Shown here one piece after another: positions 58,420 to 64,000 of a stretch of 64,000 nt of DNA (position 1 is the first letter of the stretch; each line of letters begins with the position of its first letter). Position numbers and translations under genes: made by a program. This stretch comes from Planctomycetota bacterium (GTDB lineage Bacteria; Planctomycetota; SZUA-567; H5-PLA8). The stretch covers positions 1 through 64,000 of the forward strand of contig JBBRPR010000039.1 of the NCBI GenBank assembly GCA_038227875.1, in the 5' to 3' direction. Below the pieces are notes generated by a model. It was not told the origin of the DNA and ran no database searches. It worked only from the letters and a program-made list of their open reading frames with translations.

Positions 58420-61400
58420 ATGAGAAGCTCTGTACCGTCGTCGCCACACAATCGTCCGTCCACTCCCCACATTATATTGGCCCTCGCGTGCGCCGGTCTC
58501 GTTTCCTTCGCGGCTCACGGCGCCACCGTTGCGCTGGCCAACCCGGCGCGGCCGCGGCCGAGCATGGAAGTCGCCGACAAATCGCTGCCGCCGCTTTATC
58601 TGAAAAACCACATCGTCAACGCGGAAATCCATGGCCGCGTCGCTCGCGTCGTTACCGAATCCGTTTATCACAACGATACATCACAGCAGCTCGAAGCGAT
58701 CTACGTGTTCCCGCTGCCTCAAGGCGCGACGGTCGAGAAGTTCATAATGTGGATGGACGGCAAGCCCGTCGAAGCCCAGGTCGGCGAGAAGAATGCCGCG
58801 CGGCAGACGTACGAAGAAATCGTGCGCCGCAAAAAGGATCCGGGATTGATTGAACAGGTCGCCGATGGCGTTTTCAAGATGCGCATTTTCCCCGTGCTGC
58901 CCGGCGCCGATCAGAAGGTCCGGCTCGAATACTCGCACGTCCTCCCGCTAACCTCCAACGGCACGGTGCTCAATTTCGATTACCCGCTTGCAGCGAATGC
59001 GCCCTCAGAAGGCGGCAAGCAGGAACTGATCGCGAGCAACTTTGTCGTCTCCGTCAGCATGGATATGGAGGCGCCGATCGCCTCGATCGAATCCAGCTCG
59101 CACGCGATCAGCCAGCACATCCGCGATGGTGAACCCAACCGGGCACGCGCGTCGATTGAGCAGGTCCACACGGCGCTCGACCGCGATTTCACGATGAAAA
59201 TCGCGCTGAAAACCAAGGCGCTGCCGATCAGCGCGCTCACCTACCGTCCTGCTCCTGCGGACGGAAAAGTGGAAGAGGGCACGGTAATGCTGTTGATCAC
59301 GCCAGAGTTAATCGCCAGCGAGGAAATTCCCGGCAAGGACGTAGTGATGGTGATGGACGTCAGCGGCTCGATGCAGGGCTCGAAAATTGAACAGGCGCGC
59401 GCGGCACTGCGCGCGTGTTTAAAGCGATTGAGGCCCGGCGACCGTTTCGCCATCGAGTCGTTCTCCGATGACGTCACGGTCTTCCGCAACGATTGGAGCG
59501 AAGCGAACAGCCAGAACATCGACAACGCGCTGACCTTCGTCAACGGCTTGCACGAAGGCGGATCGACGAACATCGAAGAGGCGATTCACCGCGCGCTGGC
59601 GTACAAGGGCGAACCCGGCCGACTGCGACAGATTCTTTTTGCCACCGACGGTTGCCCGACCGTTGGCCAGACCGACGTGAAAGAACTTTCCGAATCGGCC
59701 GCGCGCAAAGGACAGAACGATCCTGAAAACGTCGACACGCGCTTCTTCACCTTCGGCATCGGTTACGACGTCAACACCGTGCTGCTCGACAAGATGGCCG
59801 CGCTGACGCACGGCGATCGCGCGTACGTCCGGCCGGAAGAGGACATCGCGCGCAAGGTCGGCGATCTCTGCGACAAAATCGCCGCGCCGGTGCTGACCAA
59901 TGTGACGGTGACCTTCAGCGACAATCTGAACATTCAGCACACCTACCCGCCGCAGACCGGCGATCTGTACATGGGCCGGCAGACCGTGCTCACCGCGCGC
60001 TATGCAACACCGGGCGTGGGCCAGGTCACCATCCGCGGCAAACGCGCGGGGAAGGACGTCGTGATCCAGGCGCCGCTGACACTGCCGGAATCGACACCCG
60101 AAGCCACCAGCTATCTGGCCAAGCAGTGGGCCATCCGCAAGGTTGGCTTCCTGCTCGACCAGATCCATCTCAACGGCGAACAGGCCGAACTGCGCGACGA
60201 AGTGATTCGCCTCGGCACGAAGTTCAGCATCGTCACGCCCTACACGAGCTACCTCGCGCTGGAGCCGGAACACAAGACCGCGCAGGTGCGTCCGATGGGA
60301 AGCGCTGTCCGATCCCCCTCGGCGGCGCCGGCGTCTGGCGAAGCGCATGAAACAGTCATTCCGCCCGACATTTTAGCAAATGCGAAAATGGGCGATCATT
60401 TCGAAACGATCAACCCAGATCGCGCTGACACTCACTCCGCATTGGGGAATCCAGATGCCCAAATTTTTCATAGTGTTGCCGGCAGCTCCGACGGCGCCGT
60501 AGGCGGCGGAGGAATCAGTGGGGGTCAGTCGATCGACGACTTCATCGGCATGGGCGGAACCCCGAGCACCGGCACAGGCGCCGGTTGGGGCGGCGGCAAC
60601 GGCACGGGCACGGGCGTGGACGCAGGCACGGGCCACGGATCCTTCGGCAATCGCAATGGCGGCGGACGAACGTTAATGGTGAAACGCTTCGGCGGTTCGA
60701 AAGCGACTGAGAGTTCTGTTGACGCTGCGCTGCGCTGGCTGGCAACTCACCAGGAAGCCGACGGCCACTTCGATTCGGCGAAATTCGGCGCGAAGTCGAA
60801 TCTCGACGCGGCGTCGACTGGCCTTGCGCTCCTGTCGTTCCTGGGCGCAGGACACACGGAAAAAATGGGGCAATTCAAGGACAACGTGAGACGCGCCGTC
60901 GCGTGGCTGAGCGCGCGGAAAATGGAAGGCGCTGCGCTGAGCGACGAGGACATCATCGCGACGCTGGCGCTGGCCGAAGCCGCGGGCATGAGCAATATTG
61001 CGGAGACGCGCGCCGTGGCGCAGCACGCGCTCGATTACATCACCAAAGTCGACCCGACTCTGCAAAACGCGCGGCTCGGCAACGCGAACTGGACCTCTCA
61101 GAAGACTTACTCTGTCGAATGGTTCGTGCTGGCCCTGAAGAGCAGCAAGGTCGCCGGCTTGTCCGTGCCGGTGAAAGCCTTCGAGTCTGCGCTCGACTTC
61201 ATCAACGGCTGCGAAAAGAAAACCGGCGAAGTCAGCCGCTTCTCGCCGACCAAGTCGACACCACAGACTGATCCCAGCGCCGCGGCAGCTGCGCTGGTCT
61301 GCCGCCAGATGTTGGGCAGCCACGCAGACGAACTGGCCTCCAGTGTTGACGCGCTGCTTGTGGACGGCGGCGTGCCGGTGTGGGATACGTTGAATCCCAG

Positions 61401-61776
61401 CTACGTCTACTTCGGAACGCTCTGCGCCTTCCAGCAGGGCGGTGATATCTGGAAGCGCTGGAACGAAGCCGAGAAAAAAGCGCTGACGGACAATCAGAGC
61501 AAGACCGGTGAGGACGACGGCAGTTGGACGATGAAAAGCGCCGCCGCCGAACCGCTCGGACGCGTCGCGCAGACGGCCATCAGCAGCCTGTGTCTGGAGA
61601 CGTACTACCGCTACAAGCAAATCAGCCCGGCGTCGGCGATGCCCTCGCCGTCCGTTCCGGCGCAAACGCAGCAGCCCGTCCCGCTGAACTCCAAAGCCGA
61701 TTCCGGCCAGGCCGGCGTCGACTACTCGGAGTACATCCGGCAGATGAAAGAAGGAATCGAACCGTCAGGGAAGTGA
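58420..61776 (+). CDS. Exported VIT-vWA protein fused to a prenyltransferase/squalene-cyclase-like barrel
   Basis: GGAGG RBS. VIT 'EAIYVFPLP...ARQTYE.I...KDPGL', MIDAS 'DVSGSM', 'TDG', 'VTPYTSYL', Gly-rich linker, 'VDAALRWLATHQEADGHF...FQQGG..W..WN...GSW...GRV..TA...LE.YYRY'. Confidence 0.88.
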   Translation: MRSSVPSSPHNRPSTPHIILALACAGLVSFAAHGATVALANPARPRPSMEVADKSLPPLYLKNHIVNAEIHGRVARVVTESVYHNDTSQQLEAIYVFPLPQGATVEKFIMWMDGKPVEAQVGEKNAARQTYEEIVRRKKDPGLIEQVADGVFKMRIFPVLPGADQKVRLEYSHVLPLTSNGTVLNFDYPLAANAPSEGGKQELIASNFVVSVSMDMEAPIASIESSSHAISQHIRDGEPNRARASIEQVHTALDRDFTMKIALKTKALPISALTYRPAPADGKVEEGTVMLLITPELIASEEIPGKDVVMVMDVSGSMQGSKIEQARAALRACLKRLRPGDRFAIESFSDDVTVFRNDWSEANSQNIDNALTFVNGLHEGGSTNIEEAIHRALAYKGEPGRLRQILFATDGCPTVGQTDVKELSESAARKGQNDPENVDTRFFTFGIGYDVNTVLLDKMAALTHGDRAYVRPEEDIARKVGDLCDKIAAPVLTNVTVTFSDNLNIQHTYPPQTGDLYMGRQTVLTARYATPGVGQVTIRGKRAGKDVVIQAPLTLPESTPEATSYLAKQWAIRKVGFLLDQIHLNGEQAELRDEVIRLGTKFSIVTPYTSYLALEPEHKTAQVRPMGSAVRSPSAAPASGEAHETVIPPDILANAKMGDHFETINPDRADTHSALGNPDAQIFHSVAGSSDGAVGGGGISGGQSIDDFIGMGGTPSTGTGAGWGGGNGTGTGVDAGTGHGSFGNRNGGGRTLMVKRFGGSKATESSVDAALRWLATHQEADGHFDSAKFGAKSNLDAASTGLALLSFLGAGHTEKMGQFKDNVRRAVAWLSARKMEGAALSDEDIIATLALAEAAGMSNIAETRAVAQHALDYITKVDPTLQNARLGNANWTSQKTYSVEWFVLALKSSKVAGLSVPVKAFESALDFINGCEKKTGEVSRFSPTKSTPQTDPSAAAAALVCRQMLGSHADELASSVDALLVDGGVPVWDTLNPSYVYFGTLCAFQQGGDIWKRWNEAEKKALTDNQSKTGEDDGSWTMKSAAAEPLGRVAQTAISSLCLETYYRYKQISPASAMPSPSVPAQTQQPVPLNSKADSGQAGVDYSEYIRQMKEGIEPSGK

Positions 61777-61794
61777 TGAAGGTATCCAGCGAAC

Positions 61795-61820
61795 GCGGAG
61801 GGCGGGAAACCGCCCTCCGC
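61795..61820. terminator. GNRA-capped hairpin between convergent genes
   Basis: gcggagggcgg-gaaa-ccgccctccgc; no U tract. Confidence 0.5.
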
Positions 61821-61824
61821 AACG

Positions 61825-61877
61825 AACGGAGGCATTGGTCATCGGACATTGGGCATTTTCCGATGACCACTGACTCT
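61825..61877. repeat. Short TTGGTCA/CAATGAC family element (copy 3)
   Basis: aacggaggcattggtcatcggacattgggcattttccgatgaccactgactct, adjoining the lpdA stop. Confidence 0.75.
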
Positions 61878-61878
61878 T

Positions 61879-63306
61879 TTAAACCGTATGCAATCCCATC
61901 CCCATCGCGGCGAGCGCGGCTTCGCCAATTGCTTCAGGGAAAGTGGGGTGCGCGTGGATCGCGTTGGCGAGGTCTTCGACGCCGGCTTCCATCGCCCACG
62001 CCAGCGACGCTTCGCCGAGCAGATTGGTGGCTTCGCTGCTGACGCAGTGGAAGCCGAGAAGACGGCCGGTTTTCGCATCGGCAATGACTTTGACAAAACC
62101 TTCGTATTCTCCGGTCGCCAGCGCTTTACCCAATGCGCGGAACGGGAACTTGCCGATCTTGACTTCGCGGCCGTCGGCTTTCGCGGCGGCTTCGCTCAGG
62201 CCAATCGCGGCGACTTCCGGTTCGGTGAAGACGGCCCACGGCGCGTGGGATTTATCGAACGTGATATCCCGCCCGCCGCGCGCGGAACCGGCGATCTGTT
62301 CGGCGGCGACCAGTGCCATGTGGCTGGCGGTGTGCGCCAGCGGCGCGACGCCCGTCACGTCGCCGATCGCGTAGATGCCGGGAACGGAGGTGCGGCAGCG
62401 CTCGTCGACTTCCAGCGCGCCTTTGGAATTCACAATCAGTCCGGCTTTCTTTGCGTCGAGATGTTCGACCGTCGGCTTGCGGCCCACGGCGACGATACAC
62501 TTTTCCGCGGAGACTTTTTCGGCCGTCTCCCCTTCTCCCAACGTCAGTTCAGCGACGTTCGCGCCGCCTTCTCCGGGAACAACGGCGGCGGCCTTGATGT
62601 TCGCGTCGAGCCGCAGATCGACGCCCTGTTTTTTCAGCGCACGGCCGATTTCGCGTGCGACGTCCTCGTCGAAACCGGGCAGCGCCTGCGCGAGCTTCTC
62701 GACGACGGTGACCTTCGATCCCAGCCGCGCGAAGAGGCTGGCAAATTCGCAACCGATCACACCGGCGCCGACGATCAGCACCGATTTGGGCAGCGTCGTC
62801 CAGCGCAGCACTTCGTTGGAGGTAACAAACGTTTCGCCGTCGGTCGGAATATTCTTGAGCGGCGTGGGCACGCCGCCGGTCGCGACGATGCAGTACGAGA
62901 ACGACAATACGTCGTCTTTGCCGTCGGACGTATCGATGCGCAACTGGCGCTGGTCGAGAAACTTGGCGTTGCCTTTCACCAGTTTAACGCCGCGCTTCTG
63001 GAGCAGAAATTCCACGCCCTTCTCCAGCATGCCAACGGTCTTGTCCTTGCGGGCCGCGAGCGTCGCATAATCAAAGGTCGCTGCGCCGCCGGTGTTCACA
63101 CCAAACTCCGCGGCCTTGCGCACGGTATCAAACACGCGCGCACCGTGGATCAACGCCTTAGACGGAATGCAGCCGCGGTGCAGACACGTGCCGCCGGCCT
63201 TCTCGCGTTCAATCAGCGTGACCTTCAGCCCCAACTGCGCCGCACGCAGCGCCGCCACGTATCCGCCCGGACCAGCACCAATGACCGCAAGATCGCAAGG
63301 TTCCAT
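61879..63306 (-). CDS. lpdA: Dihydrolipoamide dehydrogenase
   Basis: 'GAGPGGYVAA', 'GGTCLHRGCIPSK', 'GAGVIGCE', 'AIGDV', 'HAHPTFPE'. Confidence 0.96.
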   Translation of the reverse strand: MEPCDLAVIGAGPGGYVAALRAAQLGLKVTLIEREKAGGTCLHRGCIPSKALIHGARVFDTVRKAAEFGVNTGGAATFDYATLAARKDKTVGMLEKGVEFLLQKRGVKLVKGNAKFLDQRQLRIDTSDGKDDVLSFSYCIVATGGVPTPLKNIPTDGETFVTSNEVLRWTTLPKSVLIVGAGVIGCEFASLFARLGSKVTVVEKLAQALPGFDEDVAREIGRALKKQGVDLRLDANIKAAAVVPGEGGANVAELTLGEGETAEKVSAEKCIVAVGRKPTVEHLDAKKAGLIVNSKGALEVDERCRTSVPGIYAIGDVTGVAPLAHTASHMALVAAEQIAGSARGGRDITFDKSHAPWAVFTEPEVAAIGLSEAAAKADGREVKIGKFPFRALGKALATGEYEGFVKVIADAKTGRLLGFHCVSSEATNLLGEASLAWAMEAGVEDLANAIHAHPTFPEAIGEAALAAMGMGLHTV

Positions 63307-63384
63307 TTACAGATGTTCTCCCGATGCTTATGAAATGTAATGCCTGCGCGGAATCGCGTTTTCAGCCTGCACGCGCACCACTCT

Positions 63385-63415
63385 AATCCGCAATCCGAAA
63401 TCCGAAATCCGCAAT
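63385..63415. repeat. AATCCG(C/A) heptamer tandem after a stop codon
   Basis: aatccgcaatccgaaatccgaaatccgcaat. Confidence 0.85.
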
Positions 63416-63421
63416 GCCGTG

Positions 63422-64000
63422 TTACTTTTCTTCCCCAAAGCTCGCGTACTCCACTGAGCTGACCGCTACCGGCGCGCCCGGCAGATCCTTGTCCAGAGCC
63501 GCGTAGGCGATGCGCTGTTGCTGGCTGGCGTTCACCTGCGTCAGGAATTCCAGCAGCTTCGGGTACTTTTCCGGCGTCACGCGCTGGGCGGGCATCAGGT
63601 ACGAACGCGAGCAGGTCAGCGTGCGGCCATTGACGGCGAAGCTGGCGACGTAAAATCCGAAATCGGTGCACAGGAAAATGTTCTGCGGCACTTCGACCCA
63701 CGCACTGCCTTCCGGCGCGACGTATGAAAATGTCTGATCGAGATCGGAGATCTCCTGCTTGACCAGCAGGTCGCTCTGCCGCTCCCCCGGCCCGCGCAGA
63801 TCGAGAATGCGCGGCCGCCCCACGAACGGCGGGAGGAAGTACGACGCCCCGGCGCTGGACGCAAAATTCTTCACCGTGCCCGTGTACGAAAATCCCAGCG
63901 GCTGATCGGCGCGGCCTTCGAAGAACACCTGCACCTTCCCCACCTGCAGATTGCGCCACGCCTGGCGTACCACGCTTTCCTTGATCTGCGGCCCGCGGCG
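63422..64000 (-). CDS. C-terminus of a DUF3857/DUF3858-type (transglutaminase-associated) protein, partial
   Basis: Frame open to the window edge. 'P.G....VP.N....TDFG.Y...R.Y......V.PE.Y..L..F' resembles this family's C-terminus. Confidence 0.6.
   Translation of the reverse strand, partial: RRGPQIKESVVRQAWRNLQVGKVQVFFEGRADQPLGFSYTGTVKNFASSAGASYFLPPFVGRPRILDLRGPGERQSDLLVKQEISDLDQTFSYVAPEGSAWVEVPQNIFLCTDFGFYVASFAVNGRTLTCSRSYLMPAQRVTPEKYPKLLEFLTQVNASQQQRIAYAALDKDLPGAPVAVSSVEYASFGEEK

Noticed and set aside
60700..61620. Functional squalene-hopene cyclase or hopanoid pathway
   Set aside because: A single barrel in an exported or fused context, with no DxDD motif and no hpn genes.

Overview
High-GC bacterial chromosomal window, most consistent with a Planctomycetota-like organism. 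That assignment is inferred from the long membrane-anchored ECF sigma factors, the BatA/vWA plus DUF4175-type pair, squalene-cyclase-like alpha/alpha-barrel proteins and an orphan pseudopilin. Housekeeping genes (tatA, aat, ettA, rlmH, dapB, galT, truD, lpdA) are interspersed with lineage-specific secreted proteins, carbohydrate genes and regulators. I found no rRNA, tRNA, CRISPR array or intact transposase/integrase. Most notable: (1) many intergenic spaces hold two-armed inverted-repeat elements built from several 7-bp tandem units, with the opening arm just after stop codons. Most are empty, one pair encloses a whole gene (16838-17676), and a 28-bp stop-codon-spanning direct repeat brackets a glycosidase gene, suggesting a repeat-delimited gene-cassette system. 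(2) An ECF sigma-TM-alpha/alpha-barrel fusion is split by a 1-nt frameshift, and the same barrel domain is fused to a VIT-vWA protein. (3) Features absent from the ORF track include a ParB-like pseudogene, two small proteins and divergent sigma-54 promoters. (4) There is a tandem pair of nucleoside deoxyribosyltransferase-like genes and an apparently inactive LarA homologue. All family assignments come from motif recognition by eye, not database searches.
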